Source: Dehalococcoidia bacterium (GTDB lineage Bacteria; Chloroflexota; Dehalococcoidia; Plut-88900). Taken from it: a stretch of 64,000 nt of DNA. The notes under the pieces are model-generated. The model made no database searches. It had not been told where the DNA came from and saw nothing but the letters and a program-made list of their open reading frames with translations. Numbering within the stretch: position 1 is the stretch's first letter; every line of letters begins with the position of its first letter. Below, one piece after another: positions 18,946 through 29,077 of this stretch. The DNA is taken from the NCBI GenBank assembly GCA_965207225.1, contig CBDBLV010000005.1:896001-960000 (forward strand), written 5' to 3'. The translations under genes were made by a program, and so were the position numbers.

Positions 18946-19650
18946 TCAACTGTCCTCGTCGGATTCTGTCTGCTGCTTCTCCCTTGCTTCCCACAACGCT
19001 TCTACGGTAGCACGATATTCAGGAGCGGTTTCCCGGATATCCCCTTCCCTGAGACGATACTCCTCTATCGGCAGCCACAAGTCGCAATTGCTTGAGTAGA
19101 AGGCTTCATCCGATTCATCAATTTCAACAATGGCCTCATCCCGGAACAAGTTGACCTGCTCAAGCTGAAGAATCATATCGTTTTGGATGAAGCTGCCATA
19201 GGCCCTTGTCGGGGTCCGACCAACCTCCGTCGAGAAGAAATTGAGTCGAATCCAGATGCAGGGCGGAATAGTGGCCCCCGATAACTCGCTCACAATCTCG
19301 TCAACAGTCATTCTACCCAAAGACTGGGTCCTGTCCGGGTCCCTGCTGGGGTCTCTTACGGCAATGTAGGCGCCCGGAGATAAGTCGGGACCCACCTCAT
19401 AGTAGCCATCCACAAACGCAGCTAGTGTCATCGGCGATATGGTAGGGGTTGGGGTGGGCTGGGGAGTAGGTGTAGGCTCAGGAGAACAGGCAATCATGCT
19501 CAGGACGACTGAGAAGACCAGTGCAACATGTACAAGGCGGGATGGTGTGATTCTATTCAAGTCCGTTACGGAGAGCTGCTGGACTGTCGGCACGGGATGA
19601 TATATCGCTGGAATGCGTTGAAGCAGTGAGCAGTGCCTGGTTTTGTCCAA
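18946..19650 (-). CDS. Hypothetical lipoprotein (start uncertain)
   Basis: SMIAC lipobox then a PTPTP linker; DGYYEVGPDLSPGAY and CIW..SSNCDLW. Confidence 0.6.
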   Translation of the reverse strand: MDKTRHCSLLQRIPAIYHPVPTVQQLSVTDLNRITPSRLVHVALVFSVVLSMIACSPEPTPTPQPTPTPTISPMTLAAFVDGYYEVGPDLSPGAYIAVRDPSRDPDRTQSLGRMTVDEIVSELSGATIPPCIWIRLNFFSTEVGRTPTRAYGSFIQNDMILQLEQVNLFRDEAIVEIDESDEAFYSSNCDLWLPIEEYRLREGDIRETAPEYRATVEALWEAREKQQTESDEDS

Positions 19651-20850
19651 TTAAGTGAGAGGTTGAAGGATGTCCTGCCTAGACGGGCCCACACTGATCA
19701 CTGGCTCGTCGAACATGGGCATGACCCGCTCGGCATAGAGTTCGAGGCTGTGCATCACCTTCTTGAAGGGCACTCCGACGGGGTTAGGCCAGATGGTGAC
19801 GTGGTCGCAGTTAAGCTCGGTGCGGAGGTGATCAATGCGCTCGGCGACGTATTCCGGTGACCCGACCCAGATGATCTCCTTCTCCATCAGGAAGTCGAAC
19901 CACTCAGCATTCATGTCCCGGTCTTTCAGCGTCTCCCAGGAAGCGACACACGACTGTTTTCCCCGGCTGGCGTTCAGGCCTACGGTAACGTCATACCAGC
20001 GGTTAATGCCCTCCCGGGCCTCTTTCTCGGCCTGCTCCTGGGTGTCAGCGACATAGCAGGTGCGCATGACGTTGAGGGTCTTGCCATCTGCGCTGCGGCC
20101 CATTGGAACATCGCGATCCCAGACCCGGGAAGCGGTCTCCTTGTAGGTAGTCCAAGCCTCCCTGACTCCTTCAAAGGAGCGGCTGAGACAGGTAGCGGCG
20201 TGTCCTCTCTCAGCTGCGAAGGCGTAGGAAGCGGTTGAGTCTGCAGCCTGCCAGATGGGGGGATGGGGTTTCTGGTAGGGCTTGGGGCGGACAGGCATGG
20301 CAATGATCTCCCCGTCAGAGGAGTAGTGGGCCGGGTTGTCGGAGTATATGCGCTCGCCATGCTCCTTCCAGCCGGTCGGGGGGAAGTTGTAAAACCGACC
20401 TTCGTGAACGAAGGCGTCTTCTGTCCAGGCCTTGATGAGCACGTCCAGGGTTTCGCTGAAAAGCGCATAGTTGCGGGCTTGGTCCCGACGATCGGCGTCG
20501 GCATTGAATGTGATTCCGGCCAGGGTATTGACGCCCCGGGCTACGCCCACGTCGAGCCTGCCCCGGGTCATGTTATCGAGGAGCGCGAGGTCCTCGGCGA
20601 GGCGGATGGGGTGCCAGTCGGGAAGCACACAGGCGCTCTGCCCAACCCTTAGGCGCTTGGTGTGGGTGGCAAGATGGGTGTTTATGAGGATTGGGTTAGG
20701 GGCCGCAATCCAGAAGTGCTGCTCCCCGATCCAGATGGTGGTGAAGCCGGCCTGGTCGAAGAGTTCGGCCTCTTCGCGCCACTCTTCCATCAAGAGGTCA
20801 GGAGGGTAACGTTCGAGGAGGTGGTAGAAGACGTTGCCATCGAATCTCAA
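19651..20850 (-). CDS. LLM flavin-dependent oxidoreductase
   Basis: IGEQHF, WHPIRLAEDLA, GRLDVGVARG, PKPYQKPHPPIW; paralog of 22007-23200. Confidence 0.9.
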   Translation of the reverse strand: MRFDGNVFYHLLERYPPDLLMEEWREEAELFDQAGFTTIWIGEQHFWIAAPNPILINTHLATHTKRLRVGQSACVLPDWHPIRLAEDLALLDNMTRGRLDVGVARGVNTLAGITFNADADRRDQARNYALFSETLDVLIKAWTEDAFVHEGRFYNFPPTGWKEHGERIYSDNPAHYSSDGEIIAMPVRPKPYQKPHPPIWQAADSTASYAFAAERGHAATCLSRSFEGVREAWTTYKETASRVWDRDVPMGRSADGKTLNVMRTCYVADTQEQAEKEAREGINRWYDVTVGLNASRGKQSCVASWETLKDRDMNAEWFDFLMEKEIIWVGSPEYVAERIDHLRTELNCDHVTIWPNPVGVPFKKVMHSLELYAERVMPMFDEPVISVGPSRQDILQPLT

Positions 20851-20960
20851 AGGGTCGGGCTCCGGCGGGGGTTTGGTTTCATGTGCGTATCAGTTCCGGA
20901 AGCGGACGTATCACAGCTAGACCCCCGAAGTCACCGCAACCCATGGCGGTGCTATGTCTC

Positions 20961-21959
20961 CTAATTGGCCGCGGCGCTCACTTGGTCAATAAGCCGGAGG
21001 TAGTTGCCGCCCATGATCTTGGTGACTTCTTCCTCGTTGAAACCGTTCTCTCGGAGGCCGTTGGGGATTACGCGGAGTCCCGAGGGCTTTTCACACCACT
21101 CGGGCCAGTCGACCTGGGGCCACTTAGGACTGTGGAACCCCTTGGCGCTCATGAATTTAGGCACTTCCCGCGACCATCGACCTCGGGCCCAGTAGCGCTT
21201 TTCGTCGGGGAGGAAGCCGGTGTTGTGGTCGCTGCCGAGACCCACGTGGTCGATGCCCATGAACTCCACTGTGCGAGCCACCATGTCGCAAAACTGCTCA
21301 AGGGTGCCATCAGGGGCGAAGAGGTTGGGGTAGGTGCCAAGACCCATCACCCCGCCGTTCTCGGCGAGGGCCCGCATCATGTCCTCCGACTTGTTGCGCT
21401 GGACGTCTTTCCACCAGAGGGGGTTGGCATGGGTGATGGCTACGGGTTGGGTCGAGGCTTCGATAGCGTCCATGGAAGTGCGTTCGCCGGTGTGGGAGAG
21501 GTCGATGACCACGCCGTGCCGGTTCATCTCTGCAATGACGTCCCGGCCGAAATAGGTGAGGCCGCTGTCGTTGGGCTCATAGCAACCGCAGCCGATGAGG
21601 TTCTGGGTGTTGTAAGTGAGCTGCATGACCCGGACCCCGAGCTTGGCAAATACGGCCACGAACTCGATGTTGTCCTCGATGGGCGACGTGTTCTGAAAGC
21701 CGAACAGGATTCCGGTCTTCTTTGCCTCGTACGCGGCGCGGATGTCATCGGAGGTGTAGACGGGCATGATCAGATCGGAGAATTGGTCGAAGCGCCGATA
21801 CCATTGCCCGATCTCGGCGATCGTCTCCCGGCAGTTTTCCCAGATGGCGAGGGTGATGTTGATGGCGCTGATGTCGCCTTCTCGGATGTCCTCGAACGTC
21901 TCACGGGTCCACTTGTGATGTTGTGCTCCGTCTACTATCAGAACTCGATCTTCGGCCAT
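20961..21959 (-). CDS. Membrane dipeptidase (M19) homolog
   Basis: GFQN, TYNTQN, DLSH, THAN, RNKS, GSD, GGNYLR. Confidence 0.88.
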   Translation of the reverse strand: MAEDRVLIVDGAQHHKWTRETFEDIREGDISAINITLAIWENCRETIAEIGQWYRRFDQFSDLIMPVYTSDDIRAAYEAKKTGILFGFQNTSPIEDNIEFVAVFAKLGVRVMQLTYNTQNLIGCGCYEPNDSGLTYFGRDVIAEMNRHGVVIDLSHTGERTSMDAIEASTQPVAITHANPLWWKDVQRNKSEDMMRALAENGGVMGLGTYPNLFAPDGTLEQFCDMVARTVEFMGIDHVGLGSDHNTGFLPDEKRYWARGRWSREVPKFMSAKGFHSPKWPQVDWPEWCEKPSGLRVIPNGLRENGFNEEEVTKIMGGNYLRLIDQVSAAAN

Positions 21960-22006
21960 GGGGTGTCCTTTCAATTTCGCTGTGGTTTCTTGTTTGGGGG
22001 CCTCTG

Positions 22007-23200
22007 TTAACCGGCGACCTGCAAAGCCGGGGATTTCTTCCTTTCGAAGTAAGGTATGACCTTATCGGCGAAGAGTTCCAGGCTGCGGTAAACCTTCTTG
22101 AAGGGAACGTAGGATGGGTTGGGCCAGAGCGTTACGTGCCGGCAATTGAGCTCTGTCTGGAGCCTTTCGATCTTTTCCGCGACGGTCTCGGGGGTGCCGA
22201 CTAGGATGGCGTCTTTCTCCATAGCGAATTCGAACCATTCCATGTTCTTCTGGTCGGGAGTTATGTCCTCGTCCCTGGCAATGACGCCGCTACGGTTCCA
22301 GTTGCGGCTAAGGCCAAAGGTGACGTCATGGTGAGCGTTTATGCCGTCCCGGGCGTCCTTGATTGCCTCCTCCATGGTGTCGGCAATGTAGAACATGCGC
22401 ATGATGTTGAGGGTGTCTCCGTTGGCGGTTTGACCCATGGGAATATCGTGTCCGGAAACCCGAGAGGCGGTGTCCCGATACGCCGTCCAGGCCTCTTTCG
22501 TTCCCTCAAGAGTACGCGCGAAACCCGTGACGGAAATTCCTCTCTCTGCGGCGAAGATATAGGACTCTGTGGAGTCGGCGGCCTGGTAGATGGGGGGATG
22601 AGGCTTCTGATAGGGCTTGGGCACGACGCCCAGGCCGATGAGCTCTCCGTTGGGGCCGTAGTGGGAGGTGTCTCCAGTGTATATCTGAGGGTTATTCTGA
22701 GTCCAGCCGGGGACCGGGAACGTATAAAACTCACCCTGGTGGACGAGAGCATCCTGCGTCCACGCCTTGATCATGATGTCCAGGGTCTCCTTAAACAGGG
22801 CGTAGTTGCGCTCCTTGTTGCGTCGGTCGGCGTCTATGTTGAACTGAATGGAAGCGGAGCTGTTGGTGCCCCGTGCTATGCCAACGTCCAGGCGCCCCCT
22901 GGTCATCTGGTCCAGCATGGCCAGCTCCTCGGCGAGGCGGATGGGGTGGTAGTCGGGGAGGATGCAGGCGCTCTGCGCGACCCTGAGCCTCTCCGTGACG
23001 GAGGCCAGATGGGTGCACACCTGCACGGGGCTCGGGGCGGCGACGTGGTAGCCTGCGTACCAGAAGTGATGCTCCCCGATCCATACACCGGTAAAGCCGG
23101 TCTGGTCGTAGAGCTTTACGGTTTGTCGCCACTCTTCAACCATCCGGTCAACGGGATACACCTCCAGCCCGTGGTAGAAGACGTTGCCATCGAATCGCAT
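22007..23200 (-). CDS. LLM flavin-dependent oxidoreductase
   Basis: IGEHHF, YHPIRLAEELA, GRLDVGIARG, PKPYQKPHPPIY. Confidence 0.9.
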   Translation of the reverse strand: MRFDGNVFYHGLEVYPVDRMVEEWRQTVKLYDQTGFTGVWIGEHHFWYAGYHVAAPSPVQVCTHLASVTERLRVAQSACILPDYHPIRLAEELAMLDQMTRGRLDVGIARGTNSSASIQFNIDADRRNKERNYALFKETLDIMIKAWTQDALVHQGEFYTFPVPGWTQNNPQIYTGDTSHYGPNGELIGLGVVPKPYQKPHPPIYQAADSTESYIFAAERGISVTGFARTLEGTKEAWTAYRDTASRVSGHDIPMGQTANGDTLNIMRMFYIADTMEEAIKDARDGINAHHDVTFGLSRNWNRSGVIARDEDITPDQKNMEWFEFAMEKDAILVGTPETVAEKIERLQTELNCRHVTLWPNPSYVPFKKVYRSLELFADKVIPYFERKKSPALQVAG

Positions 23201-23238
23201 TACTCTGTGCTCCCCGCTAAACCGAGTCCTGCCAATCG

Positions 23239-25530
23239 CTAGCCCCGGGCCTTGATGGCTTCGCGAACGGCGGTGGGGTTCATAGGGAGAGTCTCCAGCC
23301 TTACGCCTACCGCGTCGGCGATGGCATTGGCCAGGGCCCCCGCGGGCGGGATGATGTTCGCCTCCCCGACACCCCGCACACCGTAGGGGTGACCGGGGTT
23401 GGGAACTTCAACGATCACGGTGTCGATCATGGGTAGGTCGAGGCTGGTGGGGAGGCGGTAATCAAGAAGGCTGGAGTTGACGACCTGGCCATCCTGGTTG
23501 AGGAAATACTCTTCGTTCATGGCCCAGCCGATTCCCTGGGCGCCGCCGCCCTGCAGCTGTCCCTCGACGTAGCTGGGATGGATGGCCTTGCCCACGTCCT
23601 GGACCATGGTGAAGCGGAGGATCTTCACCTTGCCGGTCTCGGGGTCGACCTCCACGTCGGCAATTGATCCAGCGAAGGACGCCCCAGCCTTGGTGGCCTG
23701 GACGTTACCCACTCCAACAACCGGCTCGCCGGTCTCCTCGATCTTGGAGGCGAGTTCGGCGAACGTCATCTTGAGTTCGGGGTCCGACTCGGAGAAGAAA
23801 ACGCCCTTTTCGAACATTATGGAGTCGGGGTCGATGTCCCAGATGGTCGCGGCTCGGGCCAGCATCTGCTGCTTCACGTGCTCGGCAGCTTCGTGGGCCG
23901 CGAGGCCCTGCTTGAAAGTAACGCTGCTGCCGCCGGTGCCGTTGGTGTAGCCCACGGAGTCGGTATCGACAACTCCAGGCACCACGCTCTCAGCGGGGAT
24001 GCCGAGGGTCTCGGCGGCCATCATGGCGATGGTTGTCCTGGTGCCCCCGATGTCGGGAGACCCTTCCCGAAGGGCGACGGTGCCATCCGCATTGACCTTA
24101 ATGGTGCAACTTGCCGGGCCTCCAAAGTTCATCCAGAACCCGAGGCCCACGCCCCGTCCTTGGTTTTCACCCTCTAGAGGCGTGTTCCAATGGGGATGGT
24201 CTTTCATGGCCTGGAGCACTTCAACACACCCAACCTTGGGGTGCGGTACGCTGTCGGCCCTGCGGGTACCTTCTTTGGAAGCGTTGTTGATCCGGAAGTC
24301 GATGGGGTCCATACCGACCAGGGCTGCGAGTTCATCTACGACGGTCTCGGAGGCGAAGGAGGCGTTGGTGGCACCCGGGGCCCGGTAGGCAGCGGTCTTG
24401 GGCTTGTTGACCACTACGTCCAGACCGTCTATCAGGACATTGGGAATGTCGTAGGGGCCGAATACACAGAGGGCTCCAGCACCGACGGGTGATCCGGGAT
24501 AAGCACCGGCCTCGTAGGCGAGGTAGGCCTGCGCGGCCGTGAGTTTGCCATCGTTGGTGGCGCCCATTTTGATCCTGATGTATGAGCCGGGGGTCGGGCC
24601 CGTGCTCTCAATCTCTTCGGAGCGGGTCATGACAATCTTGACCGGGTGTCCTGTCTTCTTTGAGAGAAGTGCAGCAACCGGGTCTCCGTAGGGCTCGAAC
24701 TTACCCCCGAATCCACCGCCGATCTCCATGGGCACGAGATTGACCTGTGAAACGTCCAATCCAAGGATGCTGGCAGTGGCATCCCTGACCTCGAAGGGGC
24801 CCTGGGTGCTGCACCATATGGTGACCCGGCCATCGCGGTTCCAGAATGCGGTGGCGTTGTGGAGCTCGATATAGCCCTGATGGACGGTCTTGGTGTCGAA
24901 CTCCCGCTCGATGACGTGGTCGGAATCTGCGAAGGCCTTTTCCACGTCGCCCATAACGTGTTGGAAGTGGCTGGCAACGTTGCTCACCTTGTCGGTCTGC
25001 TGGCCGAACTCCTCGGTCTTGAGGTCGTCGTGGAGAAGGGGAGCGCCGTCGGCGATGGCATCGCGGACGGTGGGCACGGGGTCGAGGACTTCGTACTCGA
25101 CTTCTATGAGGTTGACGGCTTCCTCAGCGACGTGGGCGTTGACTGCAGCTACTCCGGCCACTGGGTGTCCGGGGTACAGGACTTTCTTGCTGGCTAGCAC
25201 GTTGTCGCGCATAAAGCGCAGGCTCATGCTGATCTCGCCCATCTGCATTTCACCTTCCTGCGTGCCGGAGGGAAAGTCTGCTGCGGTTACTACTGCCTTG
25301 ACGCCCGGATAGGCTTCTGCCCTGGAGGTGTCTATAGAGATGATGCGGGCGTGGGCGTGGGGGCTGCGAAGAATCTTGCCGTGGAGAAGGTCGCTGGTCT
25401 GGAAGTCTGCGCCGTAACGGGCGCGGCCGGTAACCTTGTCAACTCCGTCGTGCCTGATGGGTCGGGTGCCGATGGTGTCATATTCACCTGTAGCCAGGAC
25501 AACGTTGGGTTCGTAGTCGGTAGTAGTCAT
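23239..25530 (-). CDS. Xanthine dehydrogenase family molybdopterin-binding large subunit
   Basis: DKVTGRARY, LRSPHAHA, IGGGFGGK, AYRAPGA, VEGQLQGG, RGVGE. Confidence 0.93.
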   Translation of the reverse strand: MTTTDYEPNVVLATGEYDTIGTRPIRHDGVDKVTGRARYGADFQTSDLLHGKILRSPHAHARIISIDTSRAEAYPGVKAVVTAADFPSGTQEGEMQMGEISMSLRFMRDNVLASKKVLYPGHPVAGVAAVNAHVAEEAVNLIEVEYEVLDPVPTVRDAIADGAPLLHDDLKTEEFGQQTDKVSNVASHFQHVMGDVEKAFADSDHVIEREFDTKTVHQGYIELHNATAFWNRDGRVTIWCSTQGPFEVRDATASILGLDVSQVNLVPMEIGGGFGGKFEPYGDPVAALLSKKTGHPVKIVMTRSEEIESTGPTPGSYIRIKMGATNDGKLTAAQAYLAYEAGAYPGSPVGAGALCVFGPYDIPNVLIDGLDVVVNKPKTAAYRAPGATNASFASETVVDELAALVGMDPIDFRINNASKEGTRRADSVPHPKVGCVEVLQAMKDHPHWNTPLEGENQGRGVGLGFWMNFGGPASCTIKVNADGTVALREGSPDIGGTRTTIAMMAAETLGIPAESVVPGVVDTDSVGYTNGTGGSSVTFKQGLAAHEAAEHVKQQMLARAATIWDIDPDSIMFEKGVFFSESDPELKMTFAELASKIEETGEPVVGVGNVQATKAGASFAGSIADVEVDPETGKVKILRFTMVQDVGKAIHPSYVEGQLQGGGAQGIGWAMNEEYFLNQDGQVVNSSLLDYRLPTSLDLPMIDTVIVEVPNPGHPYGVRGVGEANIIPPAGALANAIADAVGVRLETLPMNPTAVREAIKARG

Positions 25531-25611
25531 GCTCTCCCCCTGAAATGCTGAGTGGGTACCTCTCGGGACGGGCTGGCCCTATTCTACCCGATTCCGGTGT
25601 CGATACTACCC

Positions 25612-26907
25612 TCAATATGCCGTACCGGTTAGCTTACCTATTCCAAAGGTCTGGGTAGCTCCGAGAATCTGGGTGATTCGGGTAGCGAACGAATTCCTTG
25701 GATCGTCACCCGACACGAATATCGCATTGCCGCCTATGACGCGGTCAACGGGCGGAAGGACTACTTCTTGCTCATAGTTGCCGGTGCTGACGATGGATTC
25801 GGCTTCCGGAGTGAAGTAGACGAATCCGGTGTCGTCGGGGGTTTGGGCCATCTCGGGGCTGAGGAGTGTTGCACTTATGGCTGCCCTCTCACAGTTTCTG
25901 ATGAGCAGCATGGGGTCGACGGCCAGGTGTCCGCCGCCCATCCAGGATATGACAATACCGTCGGCGGTCATCATCCTGAGGAGCTTGGTGGCGTAACCAG
26001 CGCCCAGTTCCTTCTCTGTCAGTTTCTCCGGGCCGGCCGGGACGAGGAGGACGCCCAGGAAATTGAGGTCCCTTCCATGCCGCTGGTAGAGATGGTTAAT
26101 GAGGGGGTTATTCAGGTGATGATAGATGGTCGTCCTGACTGCGCCTGGGGTGTTGAATGGGCGGTACAATGCGCCGTCCATGAGTTCATTGGGATGAAGC
26201 AAGGTAGGCTGCCATCCTATCGATTGGCCATATAGGAATTCACCCATGACCTGCGCACAATAGGCGACCCGAGGCAGGCCCGGGTCAACATCCGTAAGCT
26301 CGTAAGTGTCGATAGAGGAAGATTGTAGGCCTGCTACGGTCTCGGCGAGATAGGATGCCAGCCCAATCTGCGCTTCCCTGATAGCCAAGTTCAGGCGCTG
26401 GCTGAATGCCGACCCGCGGATAGTGTTAATCATCTCAAGGTCTTCGGCGGGAGTTTCGGGGCCTGGAACCTTGGGAGTGACTTCCACGACCAGATTTGCG
26501 TTTTGAGAGAAGGGGGAATACCGGGCCCCGGGGCCAGACATGTCCAGCAGGGCTTCCCGCCAGTAGTAACCTTCACCGGGTGCGGGTTCGGACGTGGACA
26601 GGACGGCCATTCCGGTGAGTCGGGCAGTCCTGCCGCTGCCGACCTGCGTGGGCGGGCCTAGGACGCCTGGGAAGACGCAGCCGGCCCCCGACTGCTTGGC
26701 TCGGGGCTCGACCACATCCACGGCGTGGATGATCCGGGTGGAGTCGCCGGGGTGGGCGACGTGGACGGTTACGTCTTCGAAATAAGCATCGTCCATCATC
26801 CTGGCTCGGACATCACAGGCGTCCACGTAGAGTTCGCCGTCTGCGTAGCGGGTCTCGTCACTCAGGCTAATGTGTTTCACGGGATAGTTGGCGAGTTCAA
26901 GTTTCAT
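25612..26907 (-). CDS. Glycine/sarcosine/betaine reductase component B proprotein (GrdE/GrdI-like)
   Basis: MKLELANYPV, DVVEPRAK, VGSGRT, DMSGPGARYSPFS, PTLLHPNELMDGA, NNPLI, IVSTGN. Confidence 0.88.
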   Translation of the reverse strand: MKLELANYPVKHISLSDETRYADGELYVDACDVRARMMDDAYFEDVTVHVAHPGDSTRIIHAVDVVEPRAKQSGAGCVFPGVLGPPTQVGSGRTARLTGMAVLSTSEPAPGEGYYWREALLDMSGPGARYSPFSQNANLVVEVTPKVPGPETPAEDLEMINTIRGSAFSQRLNLAIREAQIGLASYLAETVAGLQSSSIDTYELTDVDPGLPRVAYCAQVMGEFLYGQSIGWQPTLLHPNELMDGALYRPFNTPGAVRTTIYHHLNNPLINHLYQRHGRDLNFLGVLLVPAGPEKLTEKELGAGYATKLLRMMTADGIVISWMGGGHLAVDPMLLIRNCERAAISATLLSPEMAQTPDDTGFVYFTPEAESIVSTGNYEQEVVLPPVDRVIGGNAIFVSGDDPRNSFATRITQILGATQTFGIGKLTGTAY

Positions 26908-27020
26908 GTCGTTCTCTTGGAGGGCTGACCGAGACTATATCGAATATCAAGGGTTTGGATGATACTATGGAGGGCATCCCGGGCTAAAGAAGCAGTACAG
27001 CCGTCGGTACAGGGGGGAAC

Positions 27021-28190
27021 ATGAAATATCAATTCACCGGAGAAGAGCAAGCATTTCGGCAGGAGGTGAAGGACTTTCTCGCCAAAGAGTGGTCGGACGA
27101 CTCCTTCGCCGTGGAAGGCAGCGAAGAGGCCCATGTAACCGAGATGAACATGCGCAAAAAGCTGGCCAACCAGGGCTGGCTTGCCCTCTCCTGGCCCGAG
27201 GAGTACGGCGGCGCGGCCGCGAGCCACATGCAGCAGGCCATCTTCACCGACGAATGGTCCTATGCTTACGCTCCCGGCCGAGATGGCGAAGGCATCGGGT
27301 ACATAGGACCGGCCATAATGGTGCATGGGACGGAGGAGCAGAAGAAGCAGCACCTGGGTGGCATTGCGCGGGGCGAGGTGGTGTGGTGCCAGGGGTACTC
27401 GGAGCCGGAGTCGGGGTCGGATCTGGCTTCGCTCGGGACTCGGGCGGTGCTGGATGGCGATGAGTGGGTGATCAACGGGCAGAAGATATGGACGTCCCAG
27501 GCCCACTACTCGGACTGGATTCTGTTACTGGCCCGCACGGACCCCGACGCCCCCAAGCACCGGGGCATCACCATGTTCCTGGCCGACATGAAGACGCCCG
27601 GCGTTTCGGTAAGGCCAATTATCGACATGTCGGGGGGGCATCCTTTCAACGAGACATTTTTTGACAACGTGAGGATTCCCAAGGAGAACGTGGTGGGGGA
27701 GATAAACCGGGGTTGGTATGCCGGGATGACCCTGCTGGACTTCGAGAGGTCATCGCTATCTCACTCGGCTGCGGCCCGGCGGTGTTTCGACGAGACCGTA
27801 AAGTTCGCCTCGGAGACGATAGTGGATGGGAAGCCGCTGATTCAGCACCCGATGGTGCGCAACAAGCTGGCAGAGATGGCCATCGAGGTGGAGATTGCCT
27901 ACATGCTTTCCTACCAAGTAGTGCACATCCAGAGCAGGGGCGAGGTGCCCAATAAAGAGGCGTCCATCGACAAGCTGTGTGGCTCCAGCACGGAGCAGAG
28001 GGCCTTCAACACAGCAATGGAGATTCTGGGATTGTACGGGCAGTTGGTCGAAGGGTCCAAGCACGTTCCGCTCAAGGGATTCATCGAGAAGAACTACCTC
28101 TTCACGCGGTCCAGCACGATAGCGGGCGGCACGAACGAGATACAGCTAAACATCATCGCGACCCGGGGGCTGGGGCTGCCGAGGCAGTAG
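27021..28190 (+). CDS. Acyl-CoA dehydrogenase
   Basis: WCQGYSEPESGSDLASL, NGQKIWTS, TIAGGTNEIQ. Confidence 0.95.
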   Translation: MKYQFTGEEQAFRQEVKDFLAKEWSDDSFAVEGSEEAHVTEMNMRKKLANQGWLALSWPEEYGGAAASHMQQAIFTDEWSYAYAPGRDGEGIGYIGPAIMVHGTEEQKKQHLGGIARGEVVWCQGYSEPESGSDLASLGTRAVLDGDEWVINGQKIWTSQAHYSDWILLLARTDPDAPKHRGITMFLADMKTPGVSVRPIIDMSGGHPFNETFFDNVRIPKENVVGEINRGWYAGMTLLDFERSSLSHSAAARRCFDETVKFASETIVDGKPLIQHPMVRNKLAEMAIEVEIAYMLSYQVVHIQSRGEVPNKEASIDKLCGSSTEQRAFNTAMEILGLYGQLVEGSKHVPLKGFIEKNYLFTRSSTIAGGTNEIQLNIIATRGLGLPRQ

Positions 28191-28193
28191 TAG

Positions 28194-28964
28194 TTACCAG
28201 ACCGTCCAGCCACCGTCCACAAGAACAACCTGTCCGGTGATGTAGCTGGAGGAATCGGCGGCCAGGAAGAGGAGCGCCGTCTTCAGCTCTTCCGGCTTGC
28301 CCATGCGGCCCATGGGGGTGCGAGCAGCGAGACCGGTGAACTCGTCGGATAGGAATTCGGTAAGCTCAGTCTCGAAGTAGGCGGGGCCGATGGCGTTGGC
28401 GGTTATGCCCTTCTTGGCCCACTGCAGGGCGAGGGCCTTGGTGAGCCCGACCATCCCGTGCTTGGAGATCGAATAGGCGTATGAATAGTCCTCCGGCACT
28501 CCCCCGACCACCGACAGCACCGATGCTATGTTGATAATCCGTCCGTAACCTTGGTCCAGCATTTTCAGGCCCGCGCGGTGGGAGCAAAGAGCCGCGCTGG
28601 TCAGGTTGGCGTCCATCACTTTCTGAACAGCTTCGAAATCCAGGTCCTCAGCAATTTTCGATCCGGGGAAGAAAGCGCCGGCGTTGTTGACCAGAATGTC
28701 GATCTTGCCGAAGGTCTCCATGGCGCGTTCTACTAGGTTATCCACCTGTTCAGGGTTGGTGACGTCGGTCTGTACGACGAGGCACCGGGCGCCGAGGTCT
28801 CGGATTTTTTGGGCAGTCTCGTCCAGCTTGTGGAGGCGTCGGGCGCAAATGACGATGTCGGCGCCAGCCTGGGCGAGGGTCTCGGCGAAAGTGACCCCCA
28901 GCCCCGAGGATGCTCCGGTGACGATGGCAACACGGCCTGACAGGTCGAAGAGGTCTCTGGACAT
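28194..28964 (-). CDS. Short-chain dehydrogenase/reductase
   Basis: TGASSGLG, NNAG, YSISK. Confidence 0.93.
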   Translation of the reverse strand: MSRDLFDLSGRVAIVTGASSGLGVTFAETLAQAGADIVICARRLHKLDETAQKIRDLGARCLVVQTDVTNPEQVDNLVERAMETFGKIDILVNNAGAFFPGSKIAEDLDFEAVQKVMDANLTSAALCSHRAGLKMLDQGYGRIINIASVLSVVGGVPEDYSYAYSISKHGMVGLTKALALQWAKKGITANAIGPAYFETELTEFLSDEFTGLAARTPMGRMGKPEELKTALLFLAADSSSYITGQVVLVDGGWTVW

Positions 28965-29077
28965 GGGTGCCTCCGAGGGCTAAATGTCGCTGCGATTCTA
29001 CCACCCCCCGCTGCAAGGGCTCTTTCTGCTAAACTCCCCGAGTCTCGAGTCATCGACCAGTCAACTCGGAGGAGACT

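Noticed and set aside
23239-25530. Aerobic CO dehydrogenase CoxL
   Set aside because: The active-site loop is AYRAPGA and coxM/coxS are absent.
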